DNA of 63,986 nt, counting the filler, from Octopus bimaculoides (lineage: Eukaryota): NCBI RefSeq assembly GCF_001194135.2. It is 7 parts of 7 records of this genome, joined end to end, with 100 filler letters (N's around TTAATTAATTAA, not from the genome) between each part and the next. Parts side by side here need not be neighbours in the genome. Positions count along the whole stretch, not along the records: positions 8,349 to 32,765 come from NC_068982.1; 6 more parts are not named here. One strand, 5' to 3'. The position numbers and the translations under genes were made by a program. The stretch's first letter is position 1. Each line of letters opens with the position of its first letter. The notes under the pieces were generated by a model, which saw only the letters and a list, made by a program, of their open reading frames with translations, had not been told where the DNA came from and ran no database searches. This document shows, piece by piece, positions 13,284-26,490 of the stretch.

Positions 13284-13699
13284 TATGAATGTGTAAATTG
13301 TTATTCATCCAAACAAGTAGAGGAATAGAAGAAATGAATTTGCAAATGCTCTGAGGAAATATTAGAATTAATTAGAATTTAATTATAATTAAAATATAGG
13401 AATACACACTACTGGTTTCACATTAGATTTTCAAAAGCATATAGTATATAGAACTGTGTTGCGAATTATGTCTGTTCTGGCTGTTGTTATAAAAATAGTT
13501 TGTTTTTAAAGTAGGAATGTGAATCAGAATGCTATCTGTTAACGTAAAAATTGATAGGTCAAATTTCAGTACTAAACTCATGTGGCAGTAGTGCGGGGTC
13601 ACATAAAAGTTTTTCTCCATTGAATATGTAATATGACAGTTAGAAAAGAGAGATATGAATAAATGATATAATAATTGTTTACAGAATAGGTGTTATAGA

Positions 13700-14012
13700 T
13701 AATTATTGTTTATTTATTCTGTTGAAGAATATTGTTATCAATTAGTGTTAGTTCCCTCCCACTGAATATGTTAAAACATACCCCTTCTTTGTTAACAAGG
13801 TATAGAGTAAGTAAGATAATGAGGTGTGGAATAAATAAGATAGATGATAGCTGCTACATGTAATTTTGGTTGACTTAAGAATGCATCCAAGCTGACGTTC
13901 TACAATAATTAATTCATAGAAAAAGGAGAACCATGTACAATTGATTGTTTTTATAACCTGTTCAGCAGAGTTTTACATTTTTTAATAAACGAACTTTCCT
14001 TATTAATTCTCA
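13700..14012 (+). repeat. Unclassified ~310-bp AT-rich dispersed repeat, copy 1
   Basis: Colinear similarity to 33955-34250, e.g. AATAAATAAGATAGATGATAG.TGCTACATG and TTCTACAATAATTAATTCATAG. Confidence 0.8.
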
Positions 14013-14040
14013 TTAATGTGTGTGTGTGTGTATGTATGTA

Positions 14041-14083
<43 letters not shown>

Positions 14084-14980
14084 NNNNNNNNNNNNNNNNN
14101 NNNNNNNNNNNNNNNNNNNNNNNNNNNNNNNNNNNNNNNNNNNNNNNNNNNNNNNNNNNNNNNNNNNNNNNNNNNNNNNNNNNNNNNNNNNNNNNNNNNN
14201 NNNNNNNNNNNNNNNNNNNNNNNNNNNNNNNNNNNNNNNNNNNNNNNNNNNNNNNNNNNNNNNNNNNNNNNNNNNNNNNNNNNNNNNNNNNNNNNNNNNN
14301 NNNNNNNNNNNNNNNNNNNNNNNNNNNNNNNNNNNNNNNNNNNNNNNNNNNNNNNNNNNNNNNNNNNNNNNNNNNNNNNNNNNNNNNNNNNNNNNNNNNN
14401 NNNNNNNNNNNNNNNNNNNNNNNNNNNNNNNNNNNNNNNNNNNNNNNNNNNNNNNNNNNNNNNNNNNNNNNNNNNNNNNNNNNNNNNNNNNNNNNNNNNN
14501 NNNNNNNNNNNNNNNNNNNNNNNNNNNNNNNNNNNNNNNNNNNNNNNNNNNNNNNNNNNNNNNNNNNNNNNNNNNNNNNNNNNNNNNNNNNNNNNNNNNN
14601 NNNNNNNNNNNNNNNNNNNNNNNNNNNNNNNNNNNNNNNNNNNNNNNNNNNNNNNNNNNNNNNNNNNNNNNNNNNNNNNNNNNNNNNNNNNNNNNNNNNN
14701 NNNNNNNNNNNNNNNNNNNNNNNNNNNNNNNNNNNNNNNNNNNNNNNNNNNNNNNNNNNNNNNNNNNNNNNNNNNNNNNNNNNNNNNNNNNNNNNNNNNN
14801 NNNNNNNNNNNNNNNNNNNNNNNNNNNNNNNNNNNNNNNNNNNNNNNNNNNNNNNNNNNNNNNNNNNNNNNNNNNNNNNNNNNNNNNNNNNNNNNNNNNN
14901 NNNNNNNNNNNNNNNNNNNNNNNNNNNNNNNNNNNNNNNNNNNNNNNNNNNNNNNNNNNNNNNNNNNNNNNNNNNNNNNN

Positions 14981-15126
14981 CATACTTTATTCCTACATAT
15001 GTTTCAAAGGATTACAACCTATGTGATCCATAGGGTTCTGTGATGTTAAAATTGTAACCTTCTCTTCAGATCCCTATGGATCACATAGGTTGTAATCCTT
15101 TGAAACATATGTAGGAATAAAGTATG
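14981..15126. repeat. Perfect 55-bp inverted repeat with 36-nt spacer
   Basis: 14981-15035 is the exact reverse complement of 15072-15126; begins at a contig edge. Confidence 0.9.
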
Positions 15127-16348
15127 CAATTATAACATGCGTTTTCTCCATTCCTTAAATTTTTAAATATATATATATATATATATATACATACATATAT
15201 ATATATATATATTCAATGGCCGGATAACTGAAGAGTTGTTGGCGTGGGTTCCCACCTTGGCATCCGAAACTTGGAGTTTTATCATGGCTACCGAATAAGC
15301 GTCACATATTTTTACAGGTATATATATATATACATATATATATATATAATTACACACACACACACGCACACAAATATATGGCTATATTAAATTGTACTTT
15401 TTTTTAACCCATAATAAGATAAATGCTGTCTGTTTCTCTGCAGATATAAAATGTAAAGCAAGCCAATTGTATTCTTTTTCTGATTTTGGTACATATATAG
15501 TATGTTTGTCTGTGTGTTTTGCATTTGTGCATGTGTATAGACACAAACATACATCTAAACATATATATTTACTGATGAATAGCTAGCTGGCTAGATAGAT
15601 ACAGATGTATATGTAAATGAAATGTAACATCATCATTTTATGTCTATTTTCCCATGCTTGCATGAGTTCTATATATATCATAAACACTCAATTATACAAG
15701 TAGAAGCTTTGAAAGTTTATTTAAAGCTGGGATTAAATGTGTGTGCATGTATGTGTGTGTGTATGTGTGAGAGTGGGTGATACACAAATGCATATATATA
15801 AGTGAGTATATTTATATANNNNNNNNNNTATCTGTCTATCTTCTGTCTGTCTGTCTATCTATCTTTGTGTGTGTGTATATACATATACTGTATCTATTTT
15901 ACTGATATTGATTAAAATGTCAGCTTGTGATTTATGCTGGTAAAAAGATTTCTCCCTTTTTACTGAGCAGCCATATAAATTTTCACATGGCAAAATAAAC
16001 TGCTTCATATGAAAGTTAAGAGTAGAATGAACAAAATAAAACAAAACAAAACGAATAAACAAACAAGTAAATATCAATTGGGATTGGAAGATGAAGTTGG
16101 CAATGAGAAGTAGATGAAAATCTGTTGTTCCTTGAATTAATTTCTTTCACTGGAACGTGAATATTTTATGGCCAAAATGATTCATTTTATCGATATAAGA
16201 TCTTGAAATTATTTATTTAGCATTGAGGATAAATACTTTAGATAGTTTAAAGTATCTAAAAAAGTATACACACATATGTATATATATGCTTGTATATACA
16301 GGCATTCACATGTGCACAAAGCGATATACATTTAAGAGTTTATAAATA

Positions 16349-16384
<36 letters not shown>

Positions 16385-16595
16385 NNNNNNNNNNNNNNNN
16401 NNNNATATATATATACATATATATATACGAACATAATTTCAAATATAGAGTGCAAGATATATTGTTTACATATAAGTTTGTGTGTGCATGTGTGATGCAT
16501 GCATATTATACATGATGTGAATGTAGGTGCATATGAATACATATATATGCAAATACATACATATACAAAAATAGACTTTATACATATCTGTGTTT

Positions 16596-16686
<91 letters not shown>

Positions 16687-17072
16687 NNNNNNNNNNNNNN
16701 NNNNNNNNNNNNNNNNNNNNNNNNNNNNNNNNNNNNNNNNNNNNNNNNNNNNNNNNNNNNNNNNNNNNNNNNNNNNNNNNNNNNNNNNNNNNNNNNNNNN
16801 NNNNNNNNNNNNNNNNNNNNNNNNNNNNNNNNNNNNNNNNNNNNNNNNNNNNNNNNNNNNNNNNNNNNNNNNNNNNNNNNNNNNNNNNNNNNNNNNNNNN
16901 NNNNNNNNNNNNNNNNNNNNNNNNNNNNNNNNNNNNNNNNNNNNNNNNNNNNNNNNNNNNNNNNNNNNNNNNNNNNNNNNNNNNNNNNNNNNNNNNNNNN
17001 NNNNNNNNNNNNNNNNNNNNNNNNNNNNNNNNNNNNNNNNNNNNNNNNNNNNNNNNNNNNNNNNNNNNNNNN

Positions 17073-17110
<38 letters not shown>

Positions 17111-17261
17111 TCCATTTACAAATGCATATACAACTGGATATACAGACACAGATGCACATACATACTTGTATTTAACATGCAGAAATGCCCGTGTCTGTGT
17201 GTAAACATGGAAACATGAACACATTTAGTATGCATGTGTACACATATATCATACGCGTGCA

Positions 17262-17319
<58 letters not shown>

Positions 17320-17503
17320 TAGACTCATACATTAATATATATTGCTTGTTGTAAAAATTAGTGCTTGAAGAATCTCCATTTCAAATTTCAAGAGTTTTAA
17401 ATCCATTTCATTGATGATATGATGAAAGCATCAAAATTTAAAATTTTCATTTTTGACATTTGTAAAACTAATTTCCATTAAGTCATACAATAATAATAGA
17501 ATT

Positions 17504-17577
<74 letters not shown>

Positions 17578-17879
17578 TATTATATAATGTCTTCAGAGCT
17601 TAGTGTTAGGAATGTTTATTTTGTTTTGTTATTTTTTTTTCCCCTCAATTTCCCATTTGTAATACAAGAAAATGTTTATTTTCTGAAATCAAAAATACAT
17701 AAGCATTAGTACACAATTATTTTAGAAGTCATAAAGTAAAGACCTAAATTTTCCATTGAAACTTATCAGCTTAGAATGGAAAGCATTCCAGTGACCAGAG
17801 TTCCAGTCTAGCAAGTTCTGACGAATTGGAGAATCAGTTTACTTTAGTCACTTTTATTTGATCTTTTAATCTTTTGCTT

Positions 17880-18382
17880 ATTTCAATCATCAGATTGTGG
17901 CCATGCTGGAGCACCACCTTGAAGAATCTTAATTGAATGAATTGACCCTAATGTTTATTTTTATTTTAAGTCTGGCACTTATTCTATGGGTCGCTTTTTG
18001 GCGACACAAACACACCAACACCTGTTGTCACGCGGTGATGGAGAGCAAACACAGACAACGAAGACACACACATACATAGATACACACACATGTATGCACG
18101 CACGCACACACACACACACATATTGCAAGTTACTTGGTGGACCTGCCAGTGCTGGTGTCAGGTAAGAAGCATCCAGTCTACTCTGTAAAGTGGTTGGCAT
18201 TTAAAAGGGCATCCAACTGTAAAAAAAACAAAACCGTGCCCAAAAACTGACCTTGCCTGTGCTGGTGTAAAAAGCACTCAGTCCACTCTGCAGAATGGTT
18301 GGTGTCAGATGTAAAAACTATGCCGAAACAGACAGTGAAGCATGGTGCAGTCTTCTGCATAGCCAGCCCTTGTCAAAACCGT
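17880..18382. mobile_element. SINE family B 3' fragment (-) followed by a family D fragment (+)
   Basis: GGCCATGCTGGAGCACCACC near 17900; GTGGTTGGCATTTAAAAGGGCATCCA near 18190. Confidence 0.6.
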
Positions 18383-19286
18383 NNNNNNNNNNNNNNNNNN
18401 NNNNNNNNNNNNNNNNNNNNNNNNNNNNNNNNNNNNNNNNNNNNNNNNNNNNNNNNNNNNNNNNNNNNNNNNNNNNNNNNNNNNNNNNNNNNNNNNNNNN
18501 NNNNNNNNNNNNNNNNNNNNNNNNNNNNNNNNNNNNNNNNNNNNNNNNNNNNNNNNNNNNNNNNNNNNNNNNNNNNNNNNNNNNNNNNNNNNNNNNNNNN
18601 NNNNNNNNNNNNNNNNNNNNNNNNNNNNNNNNNNNNNNNNNNNNNNNNNNNNNNNNNNNNNNNNNNNNNNNNNNNNNNNNNNNNNNNNNNNNNNNNNNNN
18701 NNNNNNNNNNNNNNNNNNNNNNNNNNNNNNNNNNNNNNNNNNNNNNNNNNNNNNNNNNNNNNNNNNNNNNNNNNNNNNNNNNNNNNNNNNNNNNNNNNNN
18801 NNNNNNNNNNNNNNNNNNNNNNNNNNNNNNNNNNNNNNNNNNNNNNNNNNNNNNNNNNNNNNNNNNNNNNNNNNNNNNNNNNNNNNNNNNNNNNNNNNNN
18901 NNNNNNNNNNNNNNNNNNNNNNNNNNNNNNNNNNNNNNATATATATATATATAATAATTGATGAAGGAAATGGAAGATAGATTTAGCACTAGTCTTTATT
19001 CAGTACGATGACCATTTTGACCCATCCTTCAACTGTCCATTATGGGTAGGATATTATGCACGTAATATCCTACTCAATCTATCTTCTGTTTTCTTCATCA
19101 ATTATTATCTCAACACTGCGGAATTCATGACGTAAATCCAGAGGAAATATATCCCAACTGTGGATGACACCAGGTAGCCCAAACTGAGAATGGGCTTTAC
19201 TCAACACACTAATTGACATATACTCATTAGTCCAAAAAAATTACACACACACACACAAATATATTCTTTATTCTTTTATTCTTTTA

Positions 19287-19497
19287 CTTGTTTGAGTTGT
19301 TTGACTGCGGCAGTACTGGAGCACCACCTTTAGTTGAATCGCCCTGAAGACTTATTCTTTGTAAGCCTAGTACTTATCCTATTGGTCTCTTTTGCTGAAC
19401 TGTTAAGTTACAGGGATGTAAACACACCAGCATTGGTTGTCAAACAATGTTGGGGAGACAAACACAGACACACAAACAGATACACACACATACATGC

Positions 19498-19533
<36 letters not shown>

Positions 19534-19687
19534 CAGGCTTCTTTCAGTTTCTGTCTATCAAATCCACTTACAAGGCTTTGGTTGGCCTGAAGCTGTAGTA
19601 GAAGACACTTGTCCAAGGTGTCATGCAGTGGGACTGAACCTGGAACCATGTGGTTGGTAAGCGAGCTACTTCCCACACTGCCATTCC
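19287..19687 (-). mobile_element. SINE family B, full-length, CpG-decayed, internal (TA)n
   Basis: Colinear with 6157-6540, with CpG to TpG/CpA changes. Confidence 0.87.
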
Positions 19688-20340
19688 TTTTTAAATGTTT
19701 TTGTTAGTTTTATTTTTCCTTCTGTTTGTACTGGCATATGCTGGGTGGGAGAGAGGGGGGATCTTTTAAAATTTCATGCTAGATTTTATTTTGCAGAACA
19801 AGTGTAACTTTGGGTTGATTACCCTTCTGGAATTATAATCTTTTTTTTTTTCCTGATTATGAACAAGTAACTACTTGGAGTAAGTAGATGAGTAAGATTA
19901 CTGTGCTTTCTAAGAATTTAACACATATTACAGGAATGCTGGGAGAAAAGTATTTAACAGAAAAATTATTTTTAACAACCAACCTTGTTTCCCAGAATAA
20001 AGCATTCAACTGTAAATATGTAAAGAAAACTTTATTTCATTGCTAGGTTGAATGAAATAAAGAGAGTAACTACGCTAAACAATTGAATAATGTGTAGCCA
20101 TCTTGTTTCTCCATGAACTTGTTTTATAAACAGAACTTGATTAAGATTATTCAAAATGGTTTAATCATCATCATGATTAGGTTAAGGTCTGCTTTCCCAA
20201 ATTGAAATATATTAAATGAATCAATATAAAATCTGTTGTCTTTGTCTTGTGAGATATCATCTGTAATGGTTTATTGCCCTTTGTCTCTATCCTAACACAC
20301 TCTCCAGAAGTTTTTTGATCAACCTTAACAGAAGACAAGT

Positions 20341-20727
20341 GGAGGCGCAATGGCCCAGTGGTTAGGGCAGCAGACTCGCGGTTATAGGATCGGAGTTTCG
20401 ATTCCCAGACCGGGCGTTGTGAGTGTTTATTGAGCAAAAACACCTAAAGCTCCACAAGGGTCCAGCAGGAGATGGTGGTGAACCCTGCTGTACTCTTTCA
20501 CCACAACTTTCTCTCACTCTTACTTCCTGTTTCTGTTGTGCCTGTAATTCAAAGGGTCAGCCTTGTCACACTGTGTCACGCTGAATATCCCCGAGAACTA
20601 CGTTAAGGGTACAAGTGTCTGTGGAGTGCTCAGCCACTTGCACGTTAATTTCATGAGCAGGCTGTTTCATTGATCGGATCAACTGGAACCCTCGACGTCG
20701 TAAGTGACGGAGTGCCAACATATTAAC
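20341..20727 (+). mobile_element. SINE family C, full-length, 11-bp TSD-like repeat
   Basis: AACAGAAGACA at 20327-20337 and 20728-20738; body similar to the 12898 copy. Confidence 0.92.
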
Positions 20728-22499
20728 AACAGAAGACACTGCTGCCATGAAGTTCACTAGGTGAAGTATTCAACATTCCTGCATTCATTAGTAGATTCAG
20801 GCATGGCTGAGTTGTTAAGAAGTTTGCTTCACAACCATAAGATCCAAGTTTCAGTTCCATCATGTGGCAAGTTAACCTTGTCATGTTATATTACCGCTAT
20901 ATCAGTAACAGATTAGATGTCATCTCTGTCAGATTGATGGTAAAGCCGTAATGTAAAGCACATGTAGAAAAAGAAGCATCTGATTCTGTCCATTAGTTTG
21001 CCTGTATATGCAACCATTATTATTTTACTCAGGATCCCTGATGGAAGGTAAAGCTAGATACTGAGGCCCAGGTCTGAGAGGGTTTAGGAGGTCCATTTAC
21101 AATAGCTTCAGATTGACTCAAGCCTTGTGAATGAATTAAGGTGGACAGAAACAATTCAGAAACCTGATGGATAAACTGCACCTTTATTTAAAGGCTCAAC
21201 TTCACCACACTTGTGTCATGTTAAAATTATGTTATGGGTGCATTTATCAGCAAAATGTTCAACCATATTGCATAGGTTGTTCAGTTGATCAAACAGCTGG
21301 GTGCTTGTATGCAGAAACTGTAATGGGTCTATCAGTCAGGAACTATCAATGCATTTGTACTGAAACTTCCTGAAAAGTTAACATAGACACATGCAATGGA
21401 TTTTATTTGGTTTATTCCTCGTCATCCATTCACTCACTCACTGCATATCTTCTGTATTCACTGGACTTGTTTTAGAACAATACTACATCAGATATTTTAC
21501 ATTTGTGTGACATATTCTGCCTTTTATACATAAAAAGAGCAATGCTTTGTTACTAATGGCAGTAAAACTCATTAAGTTTTTGTCTTGAATTCATTCAAAT
21601 TGTGGTTCGAATTATCTGAGCTGGGTATCAGAACTTCCAACTGTTAATCCAAGCAAAAGCCATCTCAAGAACACCAGATCTCACTTCAAGGATAATAATT
21701 AACATTTTATTGATAATCTGATTTATAAATACAAGTGATTAAAATATCTCTTTACTGTGAGAAAGATTGTTTGTGTGTAAGTAATGACAACACTTGAGTA
21801 ACAACAACCAAGAGGTTAGCAGCCTGTGATTTGTCACTGTCATGCCAAGTTATGTCCACAAGCAACACATTTAACTTTCTGTGTGTTGGTCAATGTAGCT
21901 CAAAGTCAGTATCACAGCATGGTATCCTTTATAACTGTAAACAACAGCTGCCCAGTCAAAAAGATAATTGATTTTTAGTGCTGAATTCACTCCTTTTTTC
22001 AGTAAAAAGTTATCTATGAGAAACTACCATCTTATCCCAGTGAAAATTTATGAGAGACTACCATCTTATCCTAATGAAAATTTGCTTTTCATTTCTGTAA
22101 CAACGCAGAAATTAGAGATATGTAGCAGTTCCATAGGTTGCAATGGGCCATTAAATAGCAGCAATTAAATAATGTTTTACTTCAAAACTAATATAATTCG
22201 TATATTGAAGTAATTTGTTACATAAAACGTATCCTTTTACGACAGCAGCCAGACTAGGGAATCACAAATAACTAGATTATCTGGATTTGGTCTATGACTT
22301 TGAGATTTGATTTTTTTTTTGTTTTTATTTTATAACGCTTTTCATTCAAAGATATTTTTACTCAGTTTTTATCAACTTTTCTTTATTTATGATATGAAAA
22401 ACAAATTTTCTAATATTTTTTAGCTACAAATATATTTCTTCCTTTTCTTTTTCTCACTTAATTATCAAATAAATGATGAATGACATAGCAAACACTTAC

Positions 22500-22748
22500 C
22501 ATCCATAATATCTGGTTCAATAAACACTACAGTGGTAGTGAAGTTTCCCAGATGTCCTCCTTGTGGTTGAGAAAGGCTCACATTAAACCGCTCTTCAGTC
22601 TCAAATAATGAATCATCAATTATTAACACTGTACATATTTTCTTGCTTTCATCCTTCTCAAAATGGATGATGCTACTACTCTGCATGGGTCGTGTGATGT
22701 AGTCAGAGAATGAACTCAGAACATTTACAGGACTGCCAGCTGCAGTTT
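22500..22748 (-). CDS. FREM2: FREM2/ECM3-like exon, Calx-beta repeat: ETAAGSPVNVLSSFSDYITRPMQSSSIIHFEKDESKKICTVLIIDDSLFETEERFNVSLSQPQGGHLGNFTTTVVFIEPDIMD
   Basis: Acceptor ttttgcag; donor GATG|gtaagt; 249 bp, phase 1-1. SDYITRP..S.I.FEKDE.KK.C.VLIIDDSL.E matches FREM2 [36 protein letters not shown] (recalled). Orthology within FREM1/2/3/ECM3 not resolved. Confidence 0.95.
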
Positions 22749-22903
22749 CTGCAAAATAAAGAAAGAAGATAAAAAGAAGTATTAAAAAGTATTCACTAAA
22801 ATTTTTTGAATGATTAATTGAGGATTCAACAACAAAACTTTTCATTGTTCTTTATGTAACTGTATCTATATTTAGTTTATATATATATGAATACATGCAT
22901 GTA

Positions 22904-22945
<42 letters not shown>

Positions 22946-23038
22946 TATATGTATGTATGCATATATATATATACACACACACACATACATACATACATAT
23001 GTACATAAATGTATATGTGTATGTATGTACATATGTAC

Positions 23039-23076
<38 letters not shown>

Positions 23077-23466
23077 GTGTGTGTATGTATGTGTGACAAA
23101 ACTAAATAAAATAACATAAAACAGTTTGCTCCCAAATTAACCATTTTGTAAGAAAGTTGTCAAAACATGCTATGTCATAACAAATACATCCTTGAGACAA
23201 TGAAAGAAATTCTACATGACTGGCAATATCCCCTTCAGATTACACCCTAATGGTTTAGAAAATGAAACAAAGCAGAACAATGTGGTTATAGATGGAATGG
23301 CTGATCATAGGTCTCTTGGATCAGGCTTGATCAGGAAGGTGGGGTGGCTAAATGACTGGAACAACAAGTATGCCGTAAATGTAAAAAGTATTTTAGGCAA
23401 GATAGTAATCATACAACATATTAGCAGAGAAGAGTTAGTGTACATGACAAGAAACCGATGTCCCCT

Positions 23467-23995
23467 GACTGGCTCCAGTTCTGGTGGCATGTAAAATGCA
23501 TCATCCGAACGTTGCCGATGTCAATACTCCGACTGGCTCCCATGCTGGTGGAATTTAAAAAGCACTATCCAAATGTGGCCGATGCCAGGACCGCCTGACT
23601 GGCTCCCGTGCTAGTAGCACATAAAAAGCATCTTCTGAATGTGGCCAATGCCAGTACTCTCCGACTGGCTCCCGTGCTGGTGGCATGTAAAAAGCACCAT
23701 CCATATGTTGCATATGCCAGTACCTGCTGACTGGCTCCCATACCAATGACATGTAAAAAGCGCTATTCAAACATGATTGAATCCATGCCTGCCTGACTGA
23801 CTCCTGTGCTAGTAGCACATAAAAAGCACCCACTACACTTTCGGAGTGGTTGGCGTTAGGGAGAGTATCCAGCTGTAGAAACATTGCCAGATCAGATTGC
23901 AGCCTGGTGCGGCTGCTGGCTCTCCAGACCTCAGTCAAACTGTCCAATCCATGCCAGCATGGAAAACAGACGTTAAATGATGATGATGATGATGA
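23467..23995 (+). mobile_element. Family D retroposon 3' region: six ~66-bp tandem units, 3' tail and (GAT)n
   Basis: GACTGGCTCC-like anchors at 23467, 23531, 23597, 23663, 23729 and 23795. Confidence 0.85.
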
Positions 23996-24028
23996 TATAT
24001 ATATATATATAAAACTGAAGGTTATATA

Positions 24029-24796
24029 GCATTCATCATCATTATCATCATCATCATTGTTTAACGTCCGTTTTCCATGCTGGCATGGGTTGCACAGTTT
24101 CACAGGGGACTGGCAAGCCAAGAGACCGCACTAAGCTTCAATCTGATTTGGCAATGTTACTACAGCTGGAAGCCCTTCCTATTGCCAACCACTCCAGGAG
24201 TGTAGTGGGTGCGTTTTACATGCCACCGGCATGGGAGCCAGTCAGATTGCATTGGCATCAGCCACATTCGGATGGTGCTTTTTACATGCTACCAGCACAG
24301 GAGCCAGTCGGGGCGGTGGGGCTGGCATTGACCACGTTTGGATGGTGCACTATCATCCATGTGGACACATTTCTTTCCTGTGACATCACAATTTTCTCTC
24401 ACACATTGTCTTGCAATCTGAAATACTTCAGTTCTTTGGTCCTCACATCACTGAACATTGGCAAACTTCTTTTCTGCTTCTCCTTTGGCCTTGTACATCT
24501 ATCTCCCAGCCTCCCTTCTGGCTATCTGGTACAATTCCCTGCTACCCCAACTCTTCCAAGCTTTCCAGGCCAGTTTCTTTGCTCTAATGGCCTTGTCTAC
24601 TGTATTATTCCACCACCATGTTACTCTAGGTCTAGAAGGGACTTTGCACCAGCCGCAGATTTGGTCTGTGGCTCTCAGTAAGCTGTCCCATAGGAATTTC
24701 CAGTTACCCTATATGTCCAAAGTCTGTAGCTCCTCTTCCCTCTCATCAAATATCTCAATGAGGATGTCCCTAAATCTCTGACCAATTATATATATG
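24029..24796 (-). mobile_element. Composite RTE-derived retroposon: RTE ORF linker fragment + family D units + (GAT)n tail, between 19-bp direct repeats
   Basis: 24350-24780 translates on minus to ..DQICGWCKVPSRPRVTWWWNNTVDKAIRAKKLAWKAWK.. (RTE endonuclease-RT linker). TAAAACTGAAGGTTATATA lies at 24010-24028 and 24797-24815. Confidence 0.8.
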
Positions 24797-24813
24797 TAAA
24801 ACTGAAGGTTATA

Positions 24814-24851
<38 letters not shown>

Positions 24852-24885
24852 TACGTGTGTGATTTTGTGCTTGTCCCTTATGACT

Positions 24886-25062
24886 ACTTGACAACCAGTG
24901 TTGGTTTGCTTTTGTCCCTGTAACTTAGTGGTTCAAGAAATGAAACCAATAGAATTAGTACCAGACTTAAGAATATAAGTACTGGGGTAAATTCATCTGA
25001 CTGAACCCTTCAAGGTGGTGCTCCAGCATGACTGTGGTCCAATGATTGACACAAGTAAAAAG
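24886..25062 (+). mobile_element. SINE family B 3' half, CpG-decayed
   Basis: AAGGTGGTGCTCCAGCATGACTGTGGTCC versus family form AAGGCGGTGCTCCAGCATGGCCGCAGTC. Confidence 0.75.
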
Positions 25063-25789
25063 AAAACAGTATCTTAGAGCATGTTATTCAACCTTTGTTT
25101 CTGCTTTTAAGTCAGTATGGTTTAATTTGAGGGAGATTTGACTGTTATTTCTAGCACCCAGCATATTTAAGTACCATACTTTTGTATGATCAGATGAAAG
25201 AATTATCATAATGCAACACTCAACTTGTGATATTTTGAATATCAATATTAATAAATTATTTATAATATAAACTATGGTTAGCATTAAATAAATAAACATG
25301 TTATTTAAAAACAAACACTCTTATACAATATCCTGAAATTACACGTTCATATAAATAAATCGATAGAAAAATAGATAAAAAAATGAATAACATGAAAGTT
25401 AAAAAGAATTACAAGCATATTAGCCATTTTGTATTTTTAAAAATTTATATGCTTTTCAATTCCAGCTTCTGCATTAAGAGTTGGTCTTGTAATGTCAGGA
25501 AGACACAGAGAAGAAGAAATGTAAACTGAAGGTTATATAACATTAAATAAACCATGTCATTGCAATGACACATTATATCTTTCATTGAGAAACTTATGCA
25601 CTCGTCAGTAGATTTACTGTCTGCAGTTGCTGTATGCAGCTGCAATGTGAAGTCTGGAACATGCATGTTGAAACTAAATGACCTGTTATTCTAGTTTAAA
25701 GTGACCTGCCGCTGTTTATGTGGTCAAGCTGCTCTAGTTACGATTGAAAGGTCAGTCAAATGTCTAATTTTGATATTTATCTGTAAGTG

Positions 25790-26490
25790 TGTGTGTATGT
25801 GTGTATTTGAATGCATGTGTGTGTGTGTTTGTGTGTGAATACATGTGTGTTTTTGTGTGTGAATGCAAGTATGTTTGAACATGTGTGTGTACGTGTGTTT
25901 GTGTGTGAATACATGTGTGTTTGCGTGTGAATGCAAGTGTGTTTGAACACATGCATGTGTGTGAACATGTGTGTGTGTGTGTGAACATGTGTGTGTGTGT
26001 GAACATGTGTGTGTGTGTGAACATGTGTGAGTATGTCTGTGTTTGTGTTTGAATGCATGTGTGTGTTTGAATGCATATGTGTGTTTGAATGCATGTGTGT
26101 GTGTGTTTGTGTGTGAATACATGTGTGTTTTTGTGTGTGAATGCAAGTGTGTTTGAACATGTGTGCGTATGTGTGTGTTTGTGTGTGAATGCATGTGTGT
26201 TTGTGCGTGAATGCAAGTGTGTTTGAACACATGCATGTGTGTGAACATGTGTGTGTATGTCTGTGTTTGTGTATGAATGCATGTGTGTTTGAGTGCATGC
26301 ATGTGAGTGAACATGTGTGTGTGTGTGTGTGTGTGCGTGCGCATATATGTAGGCATGGGTGTATGTGTGTGTGCATAAATGTGAGTATGGGTGTGTGTGT
26401 GCATGTGTGTGTGACTGCATGTATGTATGTGTGTGAACATGTGCATGTATGTGTGCATGAACATTGTGTGTGTGTAAACATGTGTGTGTG
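25790..26490. repeat. Cryptic (GT)n-derived minisatellite with recurring GAATGCAAGTGTGTTTGAACATG units
   Basis: Visible recurring higher-order units; source of the His/Thr ORFs in the track. Confidence 0.8.

Noticed and set aside
21180-21370. Acceptor- and donor-like signals on the minus strand downstream of exon 22500
   Set aside because: Stops in all three frames shortly after the acceptor.
23467-23860. CRISPR-like regular repeats
   Set aside because: Head-to-tail diverged units with no unique spacers, in a eukaryotic retroposon context, with no cas genes.
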